Source of the DNA: Asterionella formosa
Lineage: Eukaryota
Direction: 5' to 3'
Assembly (NCBI GenBank): GCA_002256025.1
Contig: NKIB01015431.1
Span: 1 to 35,925, forward strand
Length of the DNA stretch: 35,925 bases
The translations under genes were made by a program, and so were the position numbers. Within the stretch, counting starts at the first letter, position 1. Each line of letters begins with the position of its first letter. Of this stretch, positions 22,540 to 34,849 are shown piece after piece. The notes under the pieces are model-generated. The model had not been told where the DNA came from, made no database searches, and saw only the letters and a list, made by a program, of their open reading frames with translations.

Positions 22540-23440
22540 GCTCCTTACCATGTTCCCCAATGGCCAACCCAGCCCTCATCAAATTGATTGTCTGCAATCA
22601 GTGAACAACAATCACAGATTGAGTTCATGAACAAACAATCTTTACAAAGGCATTATTTTCGTTGTGCTTACCATGCCGCTTGATTCCCAACAAATTTCTC
22701 GCTCAACAGATTGATTGTCTGTAGACAAAGAACAGCGTTTGCAGAGTAAGTTTGTGATCAACAAGCAAGTAACAAGCACACAATCAAGCCCTTCTTCTAA
22801 TTTATTACAAATAGCAATTCATGCGCTAACAATTCTGAACAAAGACGAAGGAGAATAGGAGAGGAGATCCACAACAAGCAACAGCAAACAATACCAGCAG
22901 AAGGCAAGAAAACATTGCACTTGCTTACCATGTATATATTCGTTCCCTTTGCACCAGAGGAATCGTTTCGACAATGCGAAAAAAATGATTAATAGCCTGC
23001 CTGACACAGAGCACGACACATTTCATTCTTCCCAAGGTTCAACCCTGCCCTGCCAAAAACAGTTTTATTGTCTATAGGAAAAGAACAAGGTTCGCAGAGT
23101 AAGTTCATGGCTGACCACTATTCCAATTCCAAACGAAACAAGCAAGAGGAAGAACGAAATGGAGGTAGAGGAACTACAACAACAATCAAACATAGTTCAG
23201 AGTACACGATGGTGCAGAGCAACAAGAGGAAGAACAACAACAATCTAACACATGACCTGTCTCCATTTTCCAAAATATTAACTGCTTACCATATATTTCT
23301 CAAACTTTCAGATGCATCCTTTCTGTGCTACTAACAAGGAATAACAAAATAATTGCCTGTCTGTTTTTTCCAGAACCGGCCCGCAACAGAGTCCTCGTTG
23401 CTTTTCTGGAAGCGAAGAACATGATTCACAGAGTAAGATC
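22540..23440. repeat. Highly degenerate irregular repeat array
   Basis: Recurring ATTGTCT...AAGAACA...CAGAGTAAG[TA]T (~22585, 22712, 23066, 23415) and GCTTACCAT (~22544, 22666, 22923, 23284). Confidence 0.55.
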
Positions 23441-24586
23441 ATACTAGCTGATTAAACTCACACAAGACCTTTTTCCATTTCTTAACAAACAATGCATATT
23501 CAGTTCAAACGGAGGGCAAAGAACAATCAAGAGAAGGGTATACAGCCACAGTAACCACAATGCACCACCAGCCAGCTCCTTGTTTCCAACAGTAAGATCC
23601 AAAGGGATAACAGCAGAAACAACAGCGATAGCGACAACGTCAACAACAACGACAATGACAACGATAACAATAAAAACAACCATAATGCATAATGCATTTT
23701 ACCACGAAAGTGATATTCTAGCCAGCAGCTGTTTTCCATTAAAAGAAAGCTGGCGCGGACGGTCCTCCTCCTATACTACCTTCGCTTTGTACTAGCCATA
23801 TGTACATTCTACATAACAAAAAGCTGGCACGCAGTCTATGCTTTGTCAGTATACTTTTTGGTGAGCAATGCAGACCTCACAAAAATCTGACGAACATGGT
23901 GAATCGTCAGGATTTTCAACGTTGTGATTTGCAATTATATGGCACTAAATAGGATGTCTGAATGAACTCAACTATTTTTCCCACCTTTTCGGAGCGTCTA
24001 CAAGCAAAACTACCGCTACAATAATGACTCTCACAAGGAAAATATCTAGCTGTAGCAAATGTATCGAATATGCGAATTTTGTTACACTGAAATAGCTGTT
24101 GCATGTATTCGCGTTCATCTGATGATCATGTCATTGTAGTCGGCCTGAGTAGAAAATAAGAGCTGCAACCAAAGCTATTTCTTTTTGGAAAGGCTACCGT
24201 TTGTCTACAATTATTTTTTATCAAATAAAATTCGGTTAACAAAACAAAGGATCAGAAACGTTGGTAGATATGTTTTATATACTGGTACCCATAGTTCTAT
24301 AGAAAAAGGAGTCGCATACCGGTACTATATTAGTGTTCATCGAATATCGTTGTAGTCAGTCGAAAATGAGAGGTATTTCCGAGATACTTCAAATAATCAA
24401 CAGTGATATCTCTAGCAAGTGGCTGGCATTAGGGAAAGTAGCAATGGATGTATAGCTGTGTTAAATCGAATTGAATGAGATAATTTATTTTTTGGTTTTA
24501 CAAATGATGGATCAAATATCTATATCGTTGTCTCTTTCTATAAAACAAATACCAGTACATAATCGCTATTTAATCGTGTTTTATCA

Positions 24587-25867
24587 TCATGAACGACGAC
24601 GATTGCTATTTGATATGTGGTAAGGGTCCATTTGTTTCCCTTTACCGTCACTACGCACATAGCCCTTAATGCGAAACAGCTGCTGAGTTGTTTTGTTAAC
24701 CAGCAACTGGTCCAGATGACGGTCAGGAAGAATATGATGGATATCATCAATCTCTACCATCACCTGCTGATGACTTTTCGTCAACATTAAAGAAAAGGGC
24801 CAAAATGTGTCATGTTCAAACACTACACTTTGGTGATCATACCAATATATATGACATTGATCAAAACGAAGATGAAGAAAACACAAGCGAAATAGTGGTA
24901 CAGGATGAAACCAATACTATTCCAGTCCTGAGCACCACAGGGATTAGGTTTTCCTCCGCCGATCCTGGTATACCATTCTCAGTTGCTTGGCGATGTCATG
25001 AAGACTCAACTGCTTAGTCTTTTGCTCGGCACTTGTTCTTCACTTTATATGTATAATCAAATCATGAATTTCTGCAGCACAGCTCAGGAAGCTGGACTCA
25101 TTTTTGAATCTTTTCCTCCCAGGAGGACCACTGTTCTGAAAGAATTTCAACGATTTAATAAAGTCATAATCTCATTGATCTCCAAAGGGATTTTAGAGGT
25201 GGCGAAGGTGTCAAGGGGAATTTGGGTGATCCTAACTTTCCACTTGCATTGCCTATCATCAGCATTCGGGTCACATACATTGATGCGACCAATGTACAAT
25301 CTTCCTAAAGCCTCGAGACTTTTGCTCACATGAGTGAAAAAAGACAGAAATTAGAGCAGTTGATAATCCACATGAGTCCTGTATCCCTCGCAGATCAGAG
25401 TCATAGACTCAGGACTGAAGGGGACCAACCAATAGCGTTGAGGGGAGAAAGGATTCATTCTCATAAGCGTTGATAAATCGAAGATAGAGTTTCTTCATGA
25501 ACAATTCAGGATCTCTCTGGAAATCCTTGAACATACCAATCTCAAGTAACTTGTCCATACTGTCTCAAGTACTCTTAAACTGGTCAGCAGTTGAAGGAAC
25601 ACTGAAGTTTGTCTTGATATGGTTATGAGGATACATAGTATCATTATCACCATACTGAGCCCTGTGATCCTCGAAAGGACAGATACCATCGCACATCTTG
25701 GCTGGTCTGTTCTTGAGCGAGAAAGAAGTCTCTAAGGGAGAAAGGAAGGAGAGAATAGGAGAGTAACGCAATTGTTGCGAAAAAGTGCGATTAATAGAGA
25801 AATATAGAGTCACGGCCGTGAGGATGGCTGGCAGTTTTTCTGTTCTGGCAAACAGGCAGGAAGCCAT
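24587..25867 (-). pseudogene. Fragmented ORF of unknown function, divergent from the 26209-28178 pseudogene; probably TE-borne
   Basis: ATG at 25867, then same-strand protein-like fragments (25565-25867, 25147-25329, 24587-24886) broken by stops and frameshifts. Confidence 0.5.
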
Positions 25868-26208
25868 TTGTAGCTAGTTGCAATATTTTTGTGTCCAAAT
25901 TCTACCTGCATCTAGTACCTAGATAAATAGTACAAGACAAATACTCGGATGTACTATAAACAATACCTGGTCCTTGTTTGTGCATATGATTTCCCTGAAT
26001 CGCTGCTAGTAGCTACTACTAGTAGCAAGTACTACTAGAAGTAGTACTAAACCTTTTAATGTTGTCGCGCCATTCAGTAACTGTTGAATTTTGAAGGTGA
26101 TGATGCTTGATTATTATTAGTGTAGCAGTGTAGCGGTAGACCGGTAGACTACCAACAATGGCCATTTTCAATATCAGCCAAATGGAAAATGTCCACTTTT
26201 GCGAATAA

Positions 26209-28178
26209 ATGTGTGATCAATCAGTGATTGTTCGAGATCCAATTCCTATAAATCTCTGGCAAGCTATTTCGGATATCATGTCAAAACATATTCAGGAGCT
26301 GTCTCAGGCTGAGGCTTACTCTGCATCTGACAGTGAAAGCGACAATGGATTCTATATTCCTGGAGCAGAGAACAGCGATTTCTTCATTTTCTTCAGTGAT
26401 GAGGATGAAAGTCTCATTTTATCAACTGATGGTAAGAAAAACATTTCGACTATTTCTGATAATAAGTAAATTGAAACAAACCTTTCCTTAGAGTTTCTTC
26501 AATCTGAGTTGGAGAAAACTAGAAAGGAGATTGAAGAGCTTCGCGAAGTAACAGAGAAGCAAAGACTTCAACTTTCTGGTGGCCATGACATTGGAAGAGA
26601 CAAGTATTGGACCCGAAATGTTGGTCAATGGGTCAAACTTGAACTTTTTCCAAAAGTCAAGTTTATCATAGGTGATATTGACCTTGATGAAAGGGGACCA
26701 ACTAGTCTGGCACTCTCATTTCGTGCTCACTTCCCAAGCCTATTCATGGGAACTGATAAGGACTTCGAATCAATTTGGCAGACATATAAGAATGATTTTA
26801 ATAAAGTGATGTCTGAAAAAGAAATGCCATTGTTACCCCTCTCAAACATGCCTTTGCTAGTAAGTAAACAACTTGACTTGGTATGCCTGATTTCTTCTTG
26901 ACTTGTTAAACATACTCATTGTTTACTACTAACAAATCATTCCATTCCAATCTACAAAACTTCAGGACTTTTTCTTGCTGGTATGCACATTCATCTGAAT
27001 AAGCATACCATCTCCAACAGCCGTTCTGTTTCTATTCAGGAGACAGGTGATGGAGAAAGAGCCGAGAATCATCCTTTCTTCCTTCTAGATGAGTACTCGG
27101 ATTCCAGGGTTGGGCGAAAGCTGTCTTGGAAACTACGGTGTGCTAAGAAGCATGTCAGTGACCTTGTAAGTGTTTCTCACGAGGTTTTTTCCTTGTTGGT
27201 CTTGGAGAATTGTTGGGATGTCTGGTTGCATAAGGCAATGATGAAAGGTCATGAAGATGATACTCCTGCACAAAAATACTTTTTACCGGTACTGGAGGAC
27301 ATGGAAAGAGATATGGGGGCTGGGACGCAAAGGGATATGCCAGGTTCAACAGTCTGTATGACATAGTTGTTCATCAAAGGACAACTGCCATGAGCAGGTA
27401 GTTGGAGATCAGCTTTAATTCCAATTTTCTTGTTTTGGCTGGAGTTCCACAAGGTAAGTCACTTCGGGGAATTGAACAAAGTAAAATTGTTGAACTGATG
27501 TTCATGGAAAATATTGACTAACTGATGGAAATTTTCATTGAAGTTACGCCAGGGAAAAACAGTGTGCCTGCCATTAGAGTTCGTAATGATCTAGTGGCCA
27601 TTTCTCTTCCAGTAAGCACAACTCCGGCATCTTCCATCAGTGGTTTGACTCCACATGTTATTTCAGGAAGAACTTCAAGGATAACAACTGGTAGTACTAA
27701 GAGTGCAAAGAGTTCAAAGAGTACAAAGAGTTTGAACGTGATTATTCACTTTCCCCCAGACCAAGTCAAGGATGCCACAGATTGGTACTTCCACGAGATG
27801 AAGAAAAAGATGTTTGTGGAGCTTCGGATGAAGAAAAAGAGTGAAATTTATAAGGCTTGTATTGATCAGAACATTGCACCCCCAGAACTTTTTGGAGATG
27901 AAATTAAAGAAGGGATGATGAATGATGAGAGCTACATTAAGAAATTCGAGGAGGTTGCAGCAAAGGGCGAGAGGAAATACAAAGTGGCAAAGAAGAAGAT
28001 CTACGCAAAGTTGCACATGGACTTTTACAGGTTCAAGAAAAGCAAATTAGACGAAGAATTAGTGGAGACGACAAATGAAAGAATCAAGGTGGCAAATGAA
28101 ACTAGGAGTGAATATGAATATTTCAAAAGGTCAATGAAAGATTTTTCAAGACAATTGAACTTCACTCCATTTAAATGA
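26209..28178 (+). pseudogene. Spliced, frameshifted TE-accessory-type gene (motifs recalled from ORFs near Plavaka/CACTA-like transposons)
   Basis: Fragments VKLELFPKVKFI, VSVSHEVFSLLVLENCWDVW and (shifted) FTGTGGHGKRYGGWDAKGYARFNSLYDIVVHQR; intron 26860-26965; stop at 26467; frameshifts near 26818 and 27282; the 217-aa Lys-rich ORF 27525-28178 may be its tail or a separate gene. Confidence 0.65.
26860..26965 (+). other. Spliceosomal intron (106 bp)
   Basis: GTAAGT donor at 26860, TACTAAC branch point at 26927-26933, TTCAG acceptor ending 26965; splicing joins ..LKHAFA-R-LFLAG-MHIHL in frame with ORF 26983. Confidence 0.8.
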
Positions 28179-28267
28179 ACATGAATTTCAATTTTGACGA
28201 ATGGACCGCCATTGGCAAATGGCAAATGAACTTAAAACCAAATTATTACTAATATTAATGATTTACT

Positions 28268-28992
28268 AATTCAATCGTTGACAGCTACTCATTCTTTGCT
28301 TGATTTTATATATTGTGCTTGCTAAAGTTACAGGTTGAGACTATTAGTAGCTGCTTCGGAAAGGAGAAGGCCAATGCGGCAAATCTCAATTTCGAAGCAC
28401 TACGGTGACATGCATTGAATATTAAAATATGCAGCAGCTGTTTCAAAACAAATTTACGAATTCAATCGTTGACAGCTACTCATCATTTGCTTCTTTTTCT
28501 ATAATGTACTTGCTAGAGTTATCGCTGTAGACTATTTGTAGCTGCTCCGAAAAGGAGAAGGCCATTGCAGTAGCTAAATCTCAATTTTGACTCACTACTA
28601 GTACGGTGACATGCATTGAATGTTATAATATGCAACAGCTGTTTCTAAACAGCTGTACGAATTCAATCGTGCGTTGACAGCTACTCATCCTTTCCTTCCT
28701 TTTCTATATTGTACTTACCAGAGTTATCGCTTCAGAATATTTGTAGCTGATCCGAAACAGAGAAGGCCATTGCGGCACATCTCACTTTTGACTCACTATG
28801 GCGACATGCGTTGAATGTTAAAATATGCAACAGCGGTTTTTAAACTAATTTTCGAATTCAATCGTTGTCAGCTACTCATCCTTTCCTTCTTTTTCTATAA
28901 TGTACTTGCTAGAGTTATCGCTGTAGACTATTTGTAGCTGCTCCGAAAAGGAGAAGGCCATTGCATTGCATCTCAATTTTGACTCACTACAG
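28268..28992. repeat. Satellite/subterminal tandem repeat, ~196-bp unit, ~3.7 copies
   Basis: Units start AATTCAATCG..TTG[AT]CAGCTACTCAT at 28268, 28459, 28660 and 28855; shared GAGAAGGCCA[AT]TGC and ATATGCA[AG]CAGC. Confidence 0.95.
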
Positions 28993-29200
28993 TAGCACCA
29001 CGTTTCCTGTAAATTCCTTATTCTTACGCGGCTATTACTACGCCTATCTAAACTGCCCATCAAAAACTAATTTGACAATGCATTTGTATGTTGGTTTTCT
29101 AGAATAGAAAAACCTTCCGTTTTTCCAATTAGCTAGAGTGATAGCCTAGCTTTCTAATCAATCATACTAGCATTGACATGTAATCTATATTATTTTTCCT

Positions 29201-29745
29201 TCATGTGGAATCATCTACTACATCAAAATCATCAGCGGTGGATGACAGGTGGGACAGTGGAGTACTGGAAGCACTTGAATTATTGAGATGCAATTGGATC
29301 ACACCAAATCCCTCCTTCATTTTGTTCCATTGAACAACATTCTTGTCTTTATTGGCGTAAAACCCTTCGTTAAATGGCACAACTCTCTTGGATACATTTT
29401 TTGAATTCTTCAGCTTATTAATCAACCATCGACACAGTAAACTGTTACACAATATACCCATGGCATTACTTCACATAATGCAGAGCAAACTTGAGCATAA
29501 TGTTGATCTGCAGGCAAGGGAAGAAGATATCGATACTAGCCAGGGACATGCAGCAGTCTGCCAACAATGACACATCACGGTACACGAGGAACAATGCTGC
29601 CTTGATGAGCGAAACTCGCACATCGCTATCGATTGTTGCTCTTGACAGCGCCAAAATAATTCAACTTTGGTTTTGTCTGAAACCAACGATGAATCATCCT
29701 CGTTGGCTGCTGCTCCTGCTCGTCCTGCTGCTCCTTCTCATGTAG
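29201..29745 (-). pseudogene. Short fragmented ORF relic of unknown function
   Basis: Consecutive protein-like fragments 29466-29654 and 29201-29461 separated by a stop/frameshift. Confidence 0.3.
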
Positions 29746-30361
29746 CATCCTGCTTTGACAACAATGGATGACGATAACTTATTGGGATCGTCAAAGACTC
29801 GAAGGACAACATTTTATAGATAGCCTAGCTGCCGGTATTATTCAAAGGTTTTTGGGTTTTTGTACTTAAGTTCATTATTTTTCTACATCAAGAGAGTAAG
29901 GTAAATGTGTATTGTAAGCGTTTGTGGATCAATTAAACAGTTGACGTTATGTTGCCGGAGCAAGCCACAATCTAAACCAGTAGAAATGCTCCTTTTATTT
30001 GGCTACAGTCGGAGTCTAATTGACCAAATAGCTACCTGATATTTGGTCGATAAGGGGGTCATCCTCGATCAAGACCAAAGCATATTTGGTCTTGGTCGAT
30101 GCGGTGGCTAAAATATTTTTGCTTTTTCGACCAACACAATGCATCATGACGTGTAATGACCCGCAACTTCAATTGGCTTGGTATTTGGTCGATGCAGTGG
30201 CAATGCTCTCATTGTTGTATTCTGTTTCCCGCAAATATTTAAGTTGCCAGCAGCTGACAGAAAACAGCATTTGGCCATATGTACAGCATGTAATCCATGA
30301 ATATATGTACCGGTATGTTAAATTGGTTTCTTATCATTTATTTTATGCTTATAATTTAGGA

Positions 30362-30460
30362 AAATGATATTTCATTCCCTAACCCTAACCCTAGACTCTT
30401 CCAAGGTAGCATCTGAAGCTAAGGCTTAGGGGTTAGGGTTAGTGGGACGAAGTATCATTT
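30362..30460. repeat. Hairpin with telomere-type repeats in its arms
   Basis: AAATGATATTTCATT(CCCTAA)2CCCTAG ...~30 bp... TTAGGGGTTAGGGTTAGTGGGACGAAGTATCATTT. Confidence 0.85.
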
Positions 30461-31064
30461 GCATACATATATCGTATGTATTCACATCTATGTAACTTTT
30501 TAAAATACGCATTTTTTCGCGTATGCCGACCCTCACGTAGGAAATTAGTACATTGTCAAAGTAATGATCTGTCCTAAAAGAACGGAAAAGACAGTTGAGG
30601 AGTGCTAGTGCCGGCAATTCGACGCAATTGTTTTCGCCTACATAGGGTCAACATCTTCATTATTTTAAGGCAGGGGGGACCACCACCTCATTCATTGTTC
30701 TTGCTTCTTCGTTTTAATTTGGTCTACCGGTACTACAATATATGTGTAAAGCATAATTCGGTATTCGTCGATTTTCCTTGAAGCAGACTTCCGTATACCG
30801 GTTGTTCTGTCAACCTCCCACAAGCCGCCTCAAATCAATAGTGAAGCATTAGAGTTGAAATCGCTTTGATCCCTTACTATCCTATTGTTTTATAACTGAG
30901 AGAGTGATGGAGAGTACAATAAGTGCACGTTACATCATTCAGTAAAGACGCAATAAAGCTGCAATCTTGATTGTTCTGCCGGTACATACATACATGGGAC
31001 AAGCTAGCTAGGACGAACTTGTGATCAAACAACGAGACGAGATTGATCATCCTTCGATATCAGC

Positions 31065-31799
31065 ATGTTGATCAATGATTATCGTGATCCAAACGAATAT
31101 GAATGGTCATTGATTTGGATACCACTGTCGCTAAATACTTTGCTTTTCTGTTTAGTTTCCATATGGCGGATGACTTATCAGCGTATCAATCATTTCCGAC
31201 AACTGCGACAACTTGGAATAACTGTTCGTGGTTTCGTCCGATCATCAAGAGTTTACCAATCTGAAGATGATGGGATTATTCATCAAACGTACTTTGTAAC
31301 TGTGAGATTTCCGTTCTATTATCAACTGCCCATGGAACCAAATTATAATGGTGCTGCATCGGCAGAGAGGTCCACTGGGCCAGAACCCAGAAGGATCCAT
31401 GGTTGGGCACAGAAGGAGTACACCGTGCCATTGGAAGTTTACGAAGCTGCTGTACGAACTAGTGAAATTGCAATGATTTTTGATACAAGTGCTGTACCCA
31501 ACGGTATAGCAGCCCCTGCCTATTTGGTTCACCGTCCTGCATCGGTAGGAATCATTAGTTCCACCATATCTTTACTTATACCAATGCTTCTGCTTTCCTT
31601 GTTGGGTGTGGTGTTACTTCCACAGTGTGCACCGCTCGATACAGGACCCTGCATTCCATATTGGTTGGTGGGATGGGTTGGACCGATTCTCATCCTGCTT
31701 TTATGCTGTATTTGCCCACGCCCACCTCTTGTTTGTAATTGTGGTTCTTTCATTATAAGTGATGGTAGTGATCTGGAATTCGAAATGGAGGAAAACTGA
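31065..31799 (+). CDS. 244-aa membrane protein, ~3 TM helices, possibly DUF3592-like
   Basis: Intact ORF; hydrophobic segments at aa ~14-35, ~162-186 and ~197-217; LRQLGITVRGFV...TYFVTVRF beta-rich segment after TM1 recalls DUF3592 (unverified). Confidence 0.75.
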   Translation: MLINDYRDPNEYEWSLIWIPLSLNTLLFCLVSIWRMTYQRINHFRQLRQLGITVRGFVRSSRVYQSEDDGIIHQTYFVTVRFPFYYQLPMEPNYNGAASAERSTGPEPRRIHGWAQKEYTVPLEVYEAAVRTSEIAMIFDTSAVPNGIAAPAYLVHRPASVGIISSTISLLIPMLLLSLLGVVLLPQCAPLDTGPCIPYWLVGWVGPILILLLCCICPRPPLVCNCGSFIISDGSDLEFEMEEN

Positions 31800-32438
31800 A
31801 TGAACATATCAACTCCATGGATACTTTGTACATATGGTTGATTTTTATTTCAACTGCTCCTATGGACTTGACCCAAAATCATGAGATATACAACACGAAT
31901 TCGTAAATGTTACATGGCTCATGTTTCTATACCTTCAATCTGCCGACCTGAAATCTCCGAGGAGCTATCATTGTCTTGCATGACAAGGAAGGATTTTTAG
32001 TAGCTGAAGGCACTTGAATGGCATTGGTCGTACATGGCTGAGATTCTAATCTTGCCGTGTTTTTGTGTGTTTCGGAATGCCATGTATTACTGCTTGTCCC
32101 AATATTATAATCATCTTAGGATTTTGTCTTTCTTCATTTTGGTGCTGAGCACAGAAATATCTTTCATCATCCGACCAGTAGTTTTGAACTCGCAAATGTG
32201 ACTATCGGTATACGCTAGAATTCTTCGACGTAAGGTTAGCAACCAGTTCTAGCATCCATACCTTCGCTTTGCATTTTAAAAAAGTTTGCTGTCGATAAAG
32301 TACGAAAACCAAAAACCTATTCATTATTTTAATGAGCAATTTAGGCTACTACTGCATGTAATAGGTCCGTCGTAGCTAGTATATAAAGTCCTGATAGAGT
32401 GAACTGATCGTAGGGCCATGATGATGTCCCTCATGATC

Positions 32439-33176
32439 TTACTGTGCTCCTCTCCCACCACGGACCAATGTCATTTTCTTCGGAGCATCACCACCACTAC
32501 TAGCAGTCTCCTGCTTGGACATTGTGCTGCTGCCCAGGTGACGCATCCTTCTCATCATACCCATACCACCCATTTTACCCTTGGGCTTTTTGCCGACTGT
32601 TTTGACAGGACCCATTGTATCTGTAGGAGTACCGGTAATATCGTCGGGGGGAAAAAGAATAACTGTTTGATTTATGACAAATGGTGGTAAGTCGATTTCA
32701 GTGCCGTTTCCGTCAAACTCAATAATAGTACCATTGTCAAAGAAAGTGAAATTTCCATCCAATGGTACTTCACCATTTGCATAAACCCACATGGTGTCAT
32801 TGTCGAAACCAGGAGTCATGTTGTAAAACATGGGCAGAAACGGACCTCCGAAGGTGAAGTTTCCATCAAAGGTATAGTTCATTGGGCTATCAAAGAGGAT
32901 TGGAAAGGCAGTCCAGTTGCAGTAGTCTGGCTCAACTGTTGTATTCAAGCAAATGGCTGAACCATAAGGAGCTTCTCCACAATCAATACAGTATGGGGCC
33001 TCGCTGTCGCAGGTCACAATGGACGTCGCATTCACCTCCTTACCATCGACACAACTGTAGGAAATGGCAGAGTAAGACGACTTATCAATGCAAGTGAAGG
33101 CACCATACCAAGTATAGTTATCTATGGTAAAGTTGTTGCTGAAGGTGCAGGGGGTATCCATCCAGATCGTGGCCAT
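32439..33176 (-). CDS. 245-aa putative extracellular/cell-wall glycoprotein: Cys-rich domain, DGN repeats, K/M/G-rich tail with RxL site
   Basis: Intact ORF; 8 Cys in the first 88 aa; ~13 N-x-T sequons; KKPKGKMGGMGMMRRMRHL; conserved paralog at 17360-17862; no signal peptide in this ORF. Confidence 0.85.
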   Translation of the reverse strand: MATIWMDTPCTFSNNFTIDNYTWYGAFTCIDKSSYSAISYSCVDGKEVNATSIVTCDSEAPYCIDCGEAPYGSAICLNTTVEPDYCNWTAFPILFDSPMNYTFDGNFTFGGPFLPMFYNMTPGFDNDTMWVYANGEVPLDGNFTFFDNGTIIEFDGNGTEIDLPPFVINQTVILFPPDDITGTPTDTMGPVKTVGKKPKGKMGGMGMMRRMRHLGSSTMSKQETASSGGDAPKKMTLVRGGRGAQ

Positions 33177-34849
33177 TTTAGAAGAAGAATATCAAGATTT
33201 GCTATAATGGTATTACGATATAAATTGTTTGGAGTGATCGGAATTAATGAGAACTATCAGCATGGATTTTTTTGTCAAGCAGACACTACGTATGATGTTG
33301 TAACTGTTGTAGACTACCTGATGGTAACCCCGGGTGCTCTATTTTTTGGTGAGAACTGTCAGACCCATTTTGACACTTGGTACCTATCATACTTACCATA
33401 TTCATAGTTCTATTGTATCATACATACACACGACACTCAAATGTTTGATTACCGGTACCGGGTAGGCCCAGGGAAGGTTGTTACCTGAAAAGTCATTCGC
33501 ACTGAGCGATACTCCTACTACCCGGTAAGCAATTACCGGTATCTAAAAAGGGAAAAGTGATCCACTCTAAGTTGACGTAATCGTGTGAAATTGATGGACT
33601 CTATCATATACACATACTTGAGCGTACCTACTTTCTGTAGTTTTACTCCATGGAAGTCCTCAAGTCAAGTCAAACTCTATGTCTTAAAGTACGGTACCTT
33701 AGTAAGTATCCATTAGTGTACATACATATATTCACACAATTTTATACATACACGGTATCGGAATGATGAAGATTCGCGCAATGAATCAATCACATTTGTT
33801 AGCTCACACTTGCAATTTTAATAAAATAGAGTACCAGGTACCGGGTACCGGGAAACGGGGTACAGGATGTGGTACATAGAGGAATCTTGTCGATCCGCCC
33901 TGTGAAATTTGTCATGCCTTACCTTAGGCAATTGTAAGATATAGATCGTGATTCGGAGACTTTATGTGTACTTGACAATTACAGTACCGGTAATAGTATT
34001 TATATATCACCGGTACCTGGTACCAGGTTGCATCATGGACATGTACTACCAGTAAGCTAGTTTGAGTCCTGTGACCCTGTGGGGTAAACAGATTGAAGTG
34101 AGCTAATTGTCCAAATCTTAGGAATTGCTCTTTCATCTTGAATGGTTTCCTCAGACCGCTTTAGAGTCTTAGCTTGTATAAGGGAATGCACTATTGAACC
34201 AATGCCTAGTATGCTGCCTATGACCTCCATTGAGCTAAAAGTGTTCTTGTTTGCTACTACATGTCAGGTTAAATCTCTACTCTGATCATTGAGTAACATA
34301 GCTTACAGGTTCCAACTCATATAACAAGTCAAATGTATATGACAATTCAGCTGTTGGTACAACTTAATAACCATTCAGGAATCGGCAGAAGTTGTTGCCC
34401 CTCTGAAACTACTTTGACCTAAACATTGCAGTAATCATTGGGAGAGGTATGAAAGATAGTAAATCCTCTCCTCATTAGGGGATTCAATGTCACTATAGTG
34501 CTCTTATGGCTGATGATCATGTATATATCATAGTTTACTTTGCTTCCATAGATCAATACAATTGAGCTAGATTAGGCAGGTATTAGCTACATTATTTAGT
34601 GGAGCCCTGCTGACTCAGATGATTCCTCTTGATGTTACCATTATTTATATAGCTAGTCTTACTATGTAGCTTATATACTGCATTTGTCGTTTCTTTTGGA
34701 TTTCCGAGGAGAAATAAAACCGTATGCTCCAACAATTTAACAGGTTTTATTGTACAAGTTTGTAATCAAAGAATTCCAAGGCATATCAATGCACATGAGG
34801 AGTCTTTATCTTCTTTACAAGGTCTTCGATTGCCACTAGGCCATGTTGA

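Noticed and set aside
23444..23795. Hydrophobic or Thr-rich short ORFs
   Set aside because: Produced by a degenerate (ACA/ACG)n microsatellite at ~23605-23680
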